A stretch of 60,575 nucleotides of DNA, filler included, from Asterionella formosa (lineage: Eukaryota), in the NCBI GenBank assembly GCA_002256025.1. It is 23 parts of 23 records of this genome, joined end to end, with 100 filler letters (N's around TTAATTAATTAA, not from the genome) between each part and the next. Parts side by side here need not be neighbours in the genome. Positions count along the whole stretch, not along the records: positions 37,127 to 53,197 come from NKIB01005124.1; positions 53,298 to 54,924 come from NKIB01005401.1; positions 55,025 to 60,575 come from NKIB01006182.1; 20 more parts are not named here. The stretch is one strand, 5' to 3'. Below are positions 49,437 to 60,575 of the stretch, piece after piece (within the stretch, counting starts at the first letter, position 1; each line of letters begins with the position of its first letter). The notes beneath the pieces are model-generated. The model did not search any database. It saw nothing but the letters and a program-made list of their open reading frames with translations, and had not been told where the DNA came from. The position numbers and the translations under genes were made by a program.

Positions 49437-52400
49437 ATGACTGACGTCAATGAAGAAAAGCGAATGGATGAAGAAATTAACAAGCTAAAGTCGCTAGAAC
49501 CTGCCGACAAGGAAGAGGAACCACTCAGACCATCTCCAACATTGGCTAATCGGCCTTCATCAGTGGCGTCGACGCATTCAAATACATCGTCGTGTACACC
49601 TCGAACCACCACGAGTCGTCGTGGAAGAACACGGAGCAGATCTCCACCAACAATGACTAGTCACTCTAGAGCGACATCGAACCTGGCTGATCATCCCTAT
49701 CATGCTGAGAATTATGAGAGAAGTGGTCGGAGTTCGCCGAGATCCCCTCGGAATCTATCGTCAGCCGCTGCTGCTGCTGCTGCAGCTGCAAAGGCGATAT
49801 CCACAGGAGGTAGAAATACATCGCCTTGGGCTTACGAGAATGTAGCCGAGGGTGGACAACAACACAGTGAGCAACGTGGGGACATCAGGTATCATCAGGG
49901 CTTTGACAATATGTTCGGGGGATCTACTAGCTGGCCGGGCGAAGACCAAGCTTCCCGGCGCAATGGTCACGGTCGTGAACAGATGAGAGATCGACATGGA
50001 TACTCAAGACATTCACAGTACCCTAAACAAACTCAGTCCGCATCTTTAGCCGAACCCTACAGTAGCCGTAGTGCTCCTCACTACGATCAATATGGAGCAC
50101 CTTACGATCCCGGCTACGATGATCGATATCGGGAATCGCATGATAGAGGATCGTATGATCAAGAACATCCCCGGAGAATCGGCAGGAATTCACCTCAAGA
50201 GTCTCCTCCTGTTTATCCGCCTGGGCCATATGGCGACCGTCATCAACGTCATGGCAGTGGAGATCCTTATTATGGAGGGGCTGGCAGTATGGCCCCGATG
50301 GAACGCGATATAACACAAAGGGAAAAGGTTCATGGCTATAGCGACTCTTTCTCCTCAAAAGGAATTTCTGGACATAGAGAAGCAGGATCTTCTACCACAG
50401 TGAAACGAGGAGGAGGTACTAGTCGAGTCATCGGGACACCTACTCCAATACATGTGCCACGAGCTGCGGATCCGCCAAGAAAGCATTCTTCACGTGTTCA
50501 TCCAGCCGGAACTCCATCGTCTGTCTTCCGCGGACGTCCGGACGAGGGACATGGGCAGCGATCGTCGCAAGTTGATTCCCCTCAAAAAATTCTCCTTTCC
50601 CTTCGGACACCAACAACTTCGTACGATGAGAGGGACGCTCCAATGAAACAGAGAAGCGATGTGGGCAATAAAGGATCTCGTGGTGCCACTCCATTGAGTC
50701 CGGAGGAGCCTCCGCAGATTCATCATGCCCACAACCAGCATCAAATGGATCACAATATTTTCTTCGAGGTGCGTTTATTTCGTTGGGAAATATGCTGAAG
50801 TATTCTTTATTCTAACTCTTCCCTTGATCTGTCATTTATGACACTGCAGAGAACAAGTCCCGGGGACCATACAAGACAACCGAGTGGTACTCTCGAGATG
50901 GCTCCTTCCTTCTCATTGTTCAATCAGTCGTTCGATAGTCTGGGCGATGCAGCACAGTATTTGACTGTTGGTGGTCCGCTGGATGTAGCTTTTCACTCAA
51001 ACTCATTCGGAGCGCCGTTAGCTGGCGGCAGTGGAGATAACACAGACAATCCGCATTTTCTGCCGAACTCACTTGAAAGGGGGCTCTCTGGAATCGGCTT
51101 ATTAGGCAATCCTTCAGGTGGGAATTTAACGTTTGGCATGAGTCCAGTCAACTCGTTCGGAAATGGAGCTCCATCAAGTGGTGGCAACATGATCCTGGGC
51201 GGTCCAGATGCTCAAGTCACAAGTCCAACACAAATGCTAAGCATGTATCCATCTTACTCTGGAGGATACAGCCAATCATCAGGACAGCAAGCTCCTTTCA
51301 GGGCTCGAGGAAGCGGCGAGCAACCAGCCCGAAGTATGAGCAGTGGAAGTGGTGGTGGGATTTACGCCCGTTCGTTCAATGAAGGATCTCCTCATATTAA
51401 CTATCATGGTCATACGGGCCGCGATGCCCCTTGTTCACAGGACGATGGCCCTCCTAGCTTCTACATCTTTCTTGCCAAAAACAAAAGCGCTTTCATTAAG
51501 TGTTCATTCTTGCTCCCTGGTTTGAAGGCTGCTCTTCTTGAATCACCTATTTCTGATGCTAAGAAATCAGGGGACGAAGGCGATAGGTCAAAGAAGACTC
51601 TGTCTAGCAGAAGGAGCAGATTCCCGGATCCATCTCCGCAGGATACAGCCATTGCCCTCCGTCGTGTGGCGTGTGCCATATGCGCATTTGGTGGTAGCAT
51701 CAGTGGAGACCGAGCGATTGCCTCGTCGTCTGATGCAAAATCAAATGAAAGCGGAACTCAATCCATTTTCAGGGGGAAAGATGGCGGCACCACCCCTTCG
51801 CTAGCCACAACTGTGACCCCTTCTTCTTCAACCGGATCTCCGGCTGGAGCGGGCGGACAAAATCGTGAGAAGCTGAAGTACGACGAGGCGTTGCCGGGAC
51901 GATATTACGAAAACGAGAACAGGCTGTCGTGGGAATTCGAAGAGTCTCCTCCTGTTGGCTGTTTTTCTGAGGACGAAGAAGATGCACGCAACCGGAGCAT
52001 GAAGGCAGAGGCGAGTGGACAAATTGAGATCGATGATGACGACGAAGACCATGATGAAGAAGACGATGATGACGGAATGAGCTCACCTCACCTTTTGAAC
52101 AATGGCTCTCTCTCAGAACATGACAAGAAGAACGACGACAGCCCATCAGCTTCTGATCAGCCCAAGATGCGCTATCGATGCAAGCTTTGCGGACAACCAA
52201 AACAGAATCACACTTGTCCCTACCAGCAGTCTCTACAACGTAGCATTGGTGTCATGATCTATCCTGCTGTAAACGCGTTCACGTCTAACGAGCCTGGAGT
52301 GCTTGCCCCAACCCTAACCGATATGAATAATTTTGTATCATCGGGCTGTGATGATATGTCATCTGCCGACTCATCGCCAGCTCGCCCTACCCCTGATCGC

Positions 52401-53042
52401 CAAGGTAACGCGCCAAAAAATTCTACGCCTAGTGGTAGCAGTGGGCCCACAAATGTGACCCCAGAAACGATGCGTTCACCCACAGGAAATTCTCCGGGGT
52501 CGTCATCTTTGTCAACTGGAAGTGGTACATCTCCACAGCGCAACCCATTCCGCACTCCATCATCCAAGAGAAAAAGCCGTAATACTGCAAGCCTCTCGGG
52601 TGGCGGAGCGATGAGCCACCGTGAAGCATCGCCTCCTCGCAGTGGTGGACGTAAACGTCATTTGACACAAGTGACAGCCGGTTTGGACGATAATGCAGAC
52701 ATGCTGTTTGTTGAGGTCATGGACCTCAAGCCCGAGCAATTCCGTATGATCACTCCTTCCAAGAAGACATCTCTTCCAGATGCTTACACGTATCCATCAC
52801 TTCCTCTCCCATACGCTCAACGCAAACGTTTGAGTGACAATCTCTTCTCGCTTTCGAAGGAGATCCCCCAGCTCACTGACGAATGTGCCGTTGTTCTTCG
52901 AAAGGCGCGAGTGAAGGATATGTGGGATCTTGCGGTTGCAGAGCTCATGACGCAGGTGGTCGTAGTGATCCACTGCACTAATGGTGACTGTCGTTTTGAG
53001 GGCTTGCGTCACTACTTGCTTACTCTTGGTATTGCTTGCTAG
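49437..53042 (+). CDS. Uncharacterised protein with CxxC-x6-HxC module (paralogue 2, ~1174 aa); exons 49437..50768, 50850..53042
   Basis: An 81-nt GT..CTGCAG intron (50769..50849, branch-like ttctaac) joins ORFs 49368.. and 50838.. in phase 0. Contains MRYRCKLCGQPKQNHTCPY and ends YLLTLGIAC. Confidence 0.85.
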
Positions 53043-53360
53043 TGGGCGAATTCATTTTATGCAGAATGCCCCAGATAAACCCGGGAAGGGGGAATACAAT
53101 AAGACATAGTAATCGAATGCGCAAAGGGACTATAATACATCTATCGTACCCTCCTCAGAACATTGTAAAACCGGCAGCGTAGATATTCAATTTTTTTNNN
53201 NNNNNNNNNNNNNNNNNNNNNNNNNNNNNNNNNNNNNNNNNTTAATTAATTAANNNNNNNNNNNNNNNNNNNNNNNNNNNNNNNNNNNNNNNNNNNNGTG
53301 CTCCTGTTGCTCTTTTGTAACTGTTGCAAACCATTCACCTTCCCAATCCGTCATAGAACC

Positions 53361-54677
53361 ATGCCTCCCAACCAAGCCTTCACAGTTTCGTTTGACGGTG
53401 TGCCCAATGCCCCAGTCCCTTCGGACGATGACAGCAAGATTCGCGTCGCCGTTCTCGGTTGTGGAATGATGGGACAAGAACATATTTCGTACATTTCGGG
53501 ATATCCCTCTCTTCGCATCGACTATCTCTGTGATCCTCATGAGCCATCGCTCGACGTGAGCTGGAAGGTTATGAAGGAATTCTATCGAGAGGCGGCCGTC
53601 AAGCCAACTCTGTTCACTTCTGAAGACGACCTGCTCGCCCAAGCGCACACTATCGATTTACTAGTCATCTGCTCACCTAACTACCTTCACACACCGGCAC
53701 TTCGTAGATGGGGACAACACGACATTACTATTCTCTGCGAAAAACCCGTTGCAGTAACTCAAGAGCAGCACGAACAACTCCAGGAACTCCAAGAAGATCC
53801 CTTCTTCATGGCGCGCATCTGGGTGGCCATGGAATACAGGTACATTCCCGCCATTGCCAAGCTCCTTGATTTGCTTCCTACGATCGGAGATTTGCGTATG
53901 GTGACGATTCGAGAAAATCGCTATCCCTTTCTTCACAAGATTGGGGCATGGAATCGCGACATCGCAAAGACGGGGGATTCGTTGGTGGAGAAGTGCTGCC
54001 ATTTCTTTGACCTCTTTCGCTTGATTACAGGCAAGGAAGTAAAGCTCCAAAAGATTCGGGCCCTGGCCCAACGTGGTTTCAATTATCAGGACGAGCAAGA
54101 CTTGTACGAGACGCCCATTATGGATTCGGCCTATGTCACGATGCCATTTGAGAGCAATTCATCATTAATTGGTTGTCTGGAACTTTGCATGTTCGCAGAA
54201 GGCAGTCGTCACCAGGAGGAAATAATTGTGACTGGAAGCAAGGTAAGCTCTTGGTTATGAAGGAGAATCGTATTTCGATATACTGCATAATGTTGATAAT
54301 GCCATTTCTCGTGTTCTCTCGTTTAGGGTCGTTTGGAAGCTTATCTCCCCGAAAATAAGGTCTACGCCTTTGCACGTCCCGACCACGACAAGTGGATAGA
54401 CCGCTCTATTCCACCTTCACGTACGGAGCCCACAATTTATGACTGTTCGTCATTGAAGGATGTATTTGGAATTGACGAAGTGCTGCCAACGCATGGAGGC
54501 TATCATTACTCGTCAACATCAGTTGAATGGTACCACTTGATTCGAGCCATTTCAAGCTATCAAGTGGGAGGTATTTGGAATCCACAAGTGTCGTTGGTGG
54601 ATGGCCTTCGAGCTGTTGAGATTGGTTTGCAGGCAACCAGGAAGGTTGTAAATGAAGCAAACAATCTTGATGAATGA
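53361..54677 (+). CDS. Gfo/Idh/MocA family oxidoreductase (myo-inositol 2-dehydrogenase-like); exons ..54242, 54327..54677
   Basis: IRVAVLGCGMMGQEH Rossmann motif, ILCEKPVA, VAMEYRY, GDSLVEKCCHFFDL and GGYHYSST..DGLRAVEIG. Intron GTAAGC..TTTAG at 54243..54326. The ORF stays open to the contig edge at 53298, so the true start may lie upstream. Confidence 0.9.
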
Positions 54678-54797
54678 TTTGAAAATAACAACGACTATTC
54701 TGAATGCCATACAAGTACATTTATATGTAAGGAAATAACTTTCACTATTATATTTTAATCATTTTTATAGCGCATTCTTACTAGTCTATTTCTAGAT

Positions 54798-54924
54798 TTG
54801 CCATTACGCTCCACATCGACCGTTTTGAACAGCTCTTAGTTGTGTCTCACTGGTCCTACATTTGATAACAGGATTTCCCTGGAGCAACCAATGCACCTAT
54901 CATTTTGCGGAATTCCTGTTATGA
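54798..54924 (-). mobile_element. 127-bp end of the LINE remnant (exact reverse complement of 27000..27126)
   Basis: ttgccattacgctccacatcgacc...gcggaattcctgttatga. Confidence 0.85.
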
Positions 54925-55128
54925 NNNNNNNNNNNNNNNNNNNNNNNNNNNNNNNNNNNNNNNNNNNNTTAATTAATTAANNNNNNNNNNNNNNNNNNNN
55001 NNNNNNNNNNNNNNNNNNNNNNNNATAAATTCGTTACACAAAGCAAGTGCGAAAGCCCCAAAGAAGTCAGTTTAATTTCAAGAACATTCCAAAGGGAAGT
55101 TTCAAGCGTGCAAGCGCAACACGTTTAA

Positions 55129-57073
55129 ATGTTTGCAATGGCGAGAGAGGGAGAGGGCAAGATGATAGATCTCGCCGCAGCGTCCACTGCGATGACTCAA
55201 CTAGAGACTGCATTGACCGCTAACGCCATCCAAGTGCCCGACGGATCAGTGCAGCTACTCCTTGATCAAAAGGAATGGATCTATCGTTCAGAACGTGTGG
55301 AGGAACTGCTAAAGAAGCTCAACCAAGAACAGCTATACTCTGTCTTCAACTCCCAGCATCATATACAGTCAGCTTGTCACCTTTTCGAGTTCCTCAAGAA
55401 CCAGGGTTCGTGTGTAGTTTACGGTCACAAAGTACAAGGAAAAACCCAGTTCCTTTTCTTCGTCTTTAAGCTACTTCAAGCCATGGGAGAGAAGGTTCTG
55501 TTTCTGGATAAGACCGTTTTTCCTTTGAAATGCGATGGAGAGGTTGAGGTTGATAGTTCCAAGTTTTGTGGGAACCTATGGAAAGAATCATTTCAAATTG
55601 AAGGCATTGTGAAGACTACCTTGGATAAGTTCTATGAAGATGGACTTCCTCAATCATTTGGAAAATTCTTCAAAGCTCTTCGTCAATATACTCGAAAATC
55701 TGGAACTCGAGTCTGGATTATTGTTGATGAAGTTGTTTTGTTCGAGAACTTTCCCATTGATTTACCGGAGGAGCAAAATCGAGGACCTTTCAATTGGATT
55801 GTTACTGGGAGTGCTGGCATTGGTTCGTGAGTTTCCAAGAAGCACCTTGAGATGCTTGTTTTTGACTTGCCTCCTTTCACCAAGGAAGAGTGTTTTGACT
55901 TTGCAAATAGTATCTGCAACTCGCTAGATATCAATCTTGAAAAGGGAATTGATGGAGTTCCTCCAGCTGGAGTAGATGATTGGCTTGAAGAGCGATTTGG
56001 AGGAGTTGTTGGATACATTGCCGAGTTGTTTCTCGAGATTTCTAAGGGGAACTTAGTTTCGCAGTATATGTCGGTCTTGAGTACGAGAATGATGACAGTT
56101 ATCAGCAATTCAGCAGAAAGAAGAAACATTTCCAAAAAGGAACTTGCCAAGGATTGGCTAAATGAAATCAAGTCTGATGAAAACAATTGGGCTTGCCTTC
56201 ATGATGCAGGGTTATGTAGAAGTTCTGCCCCTCGTGGGATCATCTTTTCATTGATTCTGAAATGGCTTTGTATTTTCTCCCCCGAAGAAAATGCGTTGTC
56301 ATTGATTTCTTTTTTTAGTTCAAACTTCTCAGGAGATCCGGGTTTAGATGGTTGTTTGATGGAGATAGAAGAAACATTGAAACTCAGATCCGGCAATTCA
56401 ATCAGAGCTTCATTGCTCACTTGTGTTGATCAAGGTTGGATTGTCAAAGAATCAATTGATTTGCCTCCAAAAGGAATCCCTTTGAGTTTTTTTGTATGAA
56501 GAAAGTCATTCTAGGCTTCAAGAGACCCCGAACTCATCAAGTTCATTGTGGTGTTTGATTCAAGTTCCCAATGGCTTTGATGTGATTTACGTTGTTCTTG
56601 TTGACACCGATTCTCCAACAATCTATGGTATTCAGATCACCCGCTCAGGGAAACCTTTTGCAAAGCATCACACTTTTGATACTTGTCTCCCAAGAAGCAA
56701 AGAAAGACTGGCAAAGCTTCGGAGTGTTATTTCCAAACATTTCAAACTGGATGATCCTACTGAGATGTTTTCTGTGATGCTGGCTCCAAACTGTGAAGGA
56801 GACAAGTTCAAGCCTCCAGGAGGACATGAGAGTGACTACTATTTTGCTCCAACAAGGATTATTACAGAGTATGAACCTTCCAATTCAAGAAAGCGAACTA
56901 GTCATCCAGTGTCTGCTCTCCCTCCTCCTTTGAAGAAGAAATGCTGCAAGTGTACATCAGGAAAGTGAACCAATTGCCAATGCTTCAAGAAAAAGAGACA
57001 GTGCAATCTTGAATGCAGCTGCCACCTTAAAGATGATCAAAAAGTAATTGAGGCAGACACTAACGAAAGTTAA
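55129..57073 (+). pseudogene. Crinkler-like P-loop NTPase plus restriction-endonuclease-fold domain plus C-terminal CXC module, disrupted
   Basis: Walker A-like VVYGHKVQGKTQF, Walker B WIIVDEV, WIVTGSAG, FDLPPFTKEEC, REase-like VPNGFDVI.VVLVD...IYGIQIT and C-terminal CCKCTSGK*TNCQCFKKKRQCNLECSC. In-frame TGA at 55828..55830 and 56966..56968, and a +1 frameshift at the T7 run 56487..56493. Confidence 0.7.
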
Positions 57074-57561
57074 ACAGGAATTGTGCAAATTTTCCCTCAA
57101 TAGTGTANNNNNNNNNNNNNNNNNNNNNNNNNNNNNNNNNNNNNNNNNNNNNNNNNNNNNNNNNNNNNNNNNNNNNNNNNNNNNNNNNNNNNNNNNNNNN
57201 NNNNNNNNNNNNNNNNNNNNNNNNNNNNNNNNNNNNNNNNNNNNNNNNNNNNNNNNNNNNNNNNNNNNNNNNNNNNNNNNNNNNNNNNNNNNNNNNNNNN
57301 NNNNNNNNNNNNNNNNNNNNNNNNNNNNNNNNNNNNNNNNNNNNNNNNNNNNNNNNNNNNNNNNNNNNNNNNNNNNNNNNNNNNNNNNNNNNNNNNNNNN
57401 NNNNNNNNNNNNNNNNNNNNNNNNNNNNNNNNNNNNNNNNNNNNNNNNNNNNNNNNNNNNNNNNNNNNNNNNNNNNNNNNNNNNNNNNNNNNNNNNNNNN
57501 NNNNNNNNNNNNNNNNNNNNNNNNNNNNNTTAAATTAATCTTCATATTGTAGATATATACG

Positions 57562-57990
57562 ATGAAGAAGGGAAATATTTACAAAATTATTTCCATCGAA
57601 GGCCCTGAATTCTATGTTGGATCCACTTTGAAAACAATAAGAGATAGACTTAGACCCATAAGCAGAATTTTACTCAATTCTAGTAAAGGAAGCGATAATT
57701 TATTTGCTCTTGTTTTCGATTATTTGAAAAATATGTAGTTATTTGTTTATGGTTGATTGATGTAAAATTGTATCGATCAAAGAATACGATGCTCATGATA
57801 CTAAACAGTTGAAAGCGTATGAAACTTTATGGATTAATAAGCTCTCGGGACCAAGTTTAAATTGAATAATTCCATTTAATCCAATTGTGAAATGTCATCA
57901 ATTTAAAACCAACAGGAAGAGAAAAATCACGAAGAATGATTATTATAAATGTAATCCAGAAGTGCAAGAAAGAGATAGAAAGCAAGCGCT
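57562..57990 (+). pseudogene. Degenerate GIY-YIG endonuclease of large-DNA-virus/Polinton-like type
   Basis: MKKGNIYKIISIEGPEFYVGSTLKTIRDRLR, then frameshifted HK..CSCFRLFEKY..CKIVSIKEYDAHDTKQLKAYETLWINKL..LN*IIPFNP. The GIY and YVG motifs and the conserved R, E and N are present. Confidence 0.72.
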
Positions 57991-58242
57991 CTGGTTGAAG
58001 GGTACCTCCTGCCCACCTAATCGACACAACCCTACCAATGCATCGGTATCAACTTTCGGCGACCTGTCGCCTATACAAAGGACGGGCACAAATGATGTCT
58101 CTAAGATTGATTTTGAGGCTGAGGACGCCCTGGTAACCACTAAACCACCATACGATCCCAATGACAACCCCATGGAGACAACGTCTGTGAATAGATTTTC
58201 CATTAGATCTAACGTTTTACTCAGCATACATTAAAAAACTGA

Positions 58243-58625
58243 TTGATTATTCAAATATTTTGACATGTTGATGATAATTTTGATATATCAACGGCCGTGT
58301 CTGTATGATCAATTAAATTTGTACGTTAGGTTAGTAGCATACATACTTAAGGATATGCAAATATAATAACTCTTATATATTAGTTACCAAAACAAATTGG
58401 TTAACCAAAATTGTTGATATATTGATCAAATATTTTGTTATGTTGATGAGAATTTTGATATATCAATGACCGTGAAAGTGTGGTCAATCAAATTTGGTTG
58501 TCAGATTATTTGCTTACACACGTCAGGTTGCGCATAGATAGAAGTCATATATATTAGCTATCAAAACTCATCTGCTAATCAAATGTTTTGATATTTTGAT
58601 AATTTCTTTGATTGATCAATAGATG
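58243..58625. repeat. Diverged AT-rich tandem repeat, ~2-2.5 x ~178 bp
   Basis: tcaaatattttg..atgttgatga.aattttgatatatcaa.g.ccgtg occurs at ~58250 and ~58426, with a partial third unit at ~58578. Confidence 0.7.
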
Positions 58626-60059
58626 TTGCTCTTTGATCAATTATTGTTTTAGCGAAGGTTATGACTTTACACAGATCACCTTACGTGAATGTAAACCTTG
58701 TACCTGGCCGACGATGCTATTAGAATGAATTCTGTGCAACAACGGTGCGTTCCTTGTTGCCATTTCGATTTGAATGCATACATTCTTTGATCCAATTCTT
58801 GTACCGGTACTATTCGTCATTATCTCTCCATTCGCATATTATCAGTAATCGAAGTTCTTACAAGCCATGTGCGTTCGATGAATCTTTTACGAGCGACCTT
58901 CTTGCGGGGAAATTCTGTGCCAGTTATCGTACAGTACCCCTTTTCTTATATGTACGATACTTTTTATTTGCAGACAGGGTTAAATATAGTCATAAATGCG
59001 ATATCCACTATGTTTACATGGTACATGATGCAATAGTTTATCGTGTACACAATTATTGCTATATATATTGGTAGTAGAGTACATGATAATCATGAGTGCC
59101 TCCCGAATGCCCAGCCTGTTGTATGATTGGAATGAATATGAAGACCTTTCTCTGGAGACGACGTCTGTAAATTAAAAAGCCGTTACGCCTAACAGTTTTG
59201 CTATAAGACCCACTGCCCCAAAAATTATCAGTATGACGTATTATTTTTTGATTTATCATGCAAAAAAACTGATAAAAATCAACTTACGTTTTTTCGATCT
59301 AACATTCATTACTACTGGTCTAACTTATTTCTCTCATTGATCCAACCTATTATCATGTTCGATCAATGATGAACACAAATCGAATCAAATGGATCGCTAT
59401 TTAATACTCAGATATTCTACTTCTGGTCACCCATACTTTCCACTGTGCATCCTCTATCAGAATGAGCACACAGTGGTCTTCAATACCTTAATTTTCACTT
59501 CCGGTAGCTATGTTTAGATCATTGTCTTTTCAAAATGAAATGAGAGAGTAAACGAAATTGATGATGCTTTATTCGAACCTCTACCATTGCGAAGAATGGC
59601 AGCAAGTCACATTCTCCAATGTTCTTGTACGACTTTCCGGTAAGATATAATTACAACAATGTTAGCAAAACAGTTGCATCAAGTAAACAAGGCATCTAAA
59701 CGAAGATATGTGCAACGAAACATTCACATGAACAATCCATCACTCCAATTTCCGTATAAGCAGGCAATGTGCATATAGCATACCTGTGCTCTCATGGTTG
59801 ATTGTTGCTTCCATTAAGAATGGTAGCAAGCCACATTGCTTCTCCAAGGTTCCTGAATGATTTTGAGGAGATAATATCAATGTTAGCAAAAGTGTTGCAA
59901 CGATTAAAGCATCTCCAGCCACACATGTGCCACAAACTGATGACATAAACAATCTATACAACTTCACGTTCCAATCGACATAACGAGCATCAAATGAGAG
60001 TAGAGTAACTTACCTATGCTCTCACTGTTGATTGATGGGTGACAGGTAGCGTTGTTAAC

Positions 60060-60575
60060 CCTCACATCTGCATGTATGGAAGGGAAAGATGTTATTACTG
60101 TCGAAATCCAAATTATTGGACACAGACACTATGATGACCATGTGCTCCGACTTCCTTCATGAGCAAAGAATGATAGAATTCATTGGGCGAAAGGTTGGAG
60201 TGGAAGTTATTCTAACTTCAAAATGCCATGCAGAACTTGCAGTCGAAGGAGTTGAGTACATGTGGGCATGCTCCAAGAACCACTATCGAAATCTATCCCT
60301 GAAGGAAAAGGAAAGGAAAGAAAAATATACAGAAGCAGTTAGAAAATGTTTGTCGGTCGATGTGATTACCGGTACATTGTTGATGCGAATAAGAAAGTTT
60401 GCAAAATGAGCAAGCCAATATTTGATTGCTTACCATGCAATTGATAGTGGTCAAGTCAACACAAAACACTTCACAAAGCGACAGACATGGACCTGTTGCA
60501 GTTGAAAAGTTGATTGGCAAGATCAGAACTCTTCGTTGCGCAATGGACTTTGATTTTAAGTTTGTAATCAGCATT
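60060..60575 (+). mobile_element. IS630/Tc1-mariner-like DDE transposase C-terminal remnant
   Basis: CSDFLHEQ..VEVILTSKCHAELAVEGVEYMWACSKNHYR..VRKCLS..RIRKFAK*ASQYLIAYH, a variant of the P.H.EL..IE..W motif. Confidence 0.7.

Noticed and set aside
47029..54677. PPTase plus oxidoreductase as a secondary-metabolite cluster
   Set aside because: There is no PKS/NRPS, and the oxidoreductase is on a different contig (spacer 53198..53297).
55828..56968. In-frame TGA codons at positions expected to be Trp and Cys (alternative code or selenocysteine)
   Set aside because: The same gene also has a frameshift, other genes here terminate with TGA (44067..44069, 54675..54677), and no SECIS was recognised. 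Pseudogenisation is simpler.
57048..57552. Long ORFs in the ORF track
   Set aside because: They are composed almost entirely of Ns (scaffold gap).
57586..57604. attatttccatcgaagg similarity to the 46202..46543 repeat
   Set aside because: It is a short match inside the GIY-YIG reading frame with no flanking similarity, so probably chance.

Overview
This is eukaryotic, almost certainly diatom, nuclear DNA. The evidence is short GT-AG introns, bipartite plastid presequences, CoDi-type Ty1/copia fragments and diatom-type hypothetical families. The window is NOT one locus. It is an artificial concatenation of 23 contigs/scaffolds joined by 22 identical 100-nt spacers (N44-TTAATTAATTAA-N44), including 19 contigs of exactly 1001 or 1000 bp between 16222 and 37026, so adjacency across spacers is meaningless. 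Supportable genes: an RMND1/DUF155 protein, a plastid FKBP, a thylakoid membrane protein, an Sfp-type 4'-phosphopantetheinyl transferase, a Gfo/Idh/MocA oxidoreductase, several diatom hypotheticals (including two paralogues sharing a CxxC-x6-HxC module and an invariant LGIAC C-terminus) and a partial mosaic glycoside-hydrolase-like protein. Much of the rest is decayed copia, LINE, pogo and Tc1/mariner-like sequence. The highlights are: two different tRNA-derived SINEs with perfect 16- and 19-bp target-site duplications; dense gene-flanking clusters of iterated TA-CC(W)GG-TA/GGTACC palindromes; a pseudogenised Crinkler-like NTPase-REase-CXC gene next to a virus-type GIY-YIG nuclease relic; and the mosaic, bacterial-like carbohydrate-active protein.
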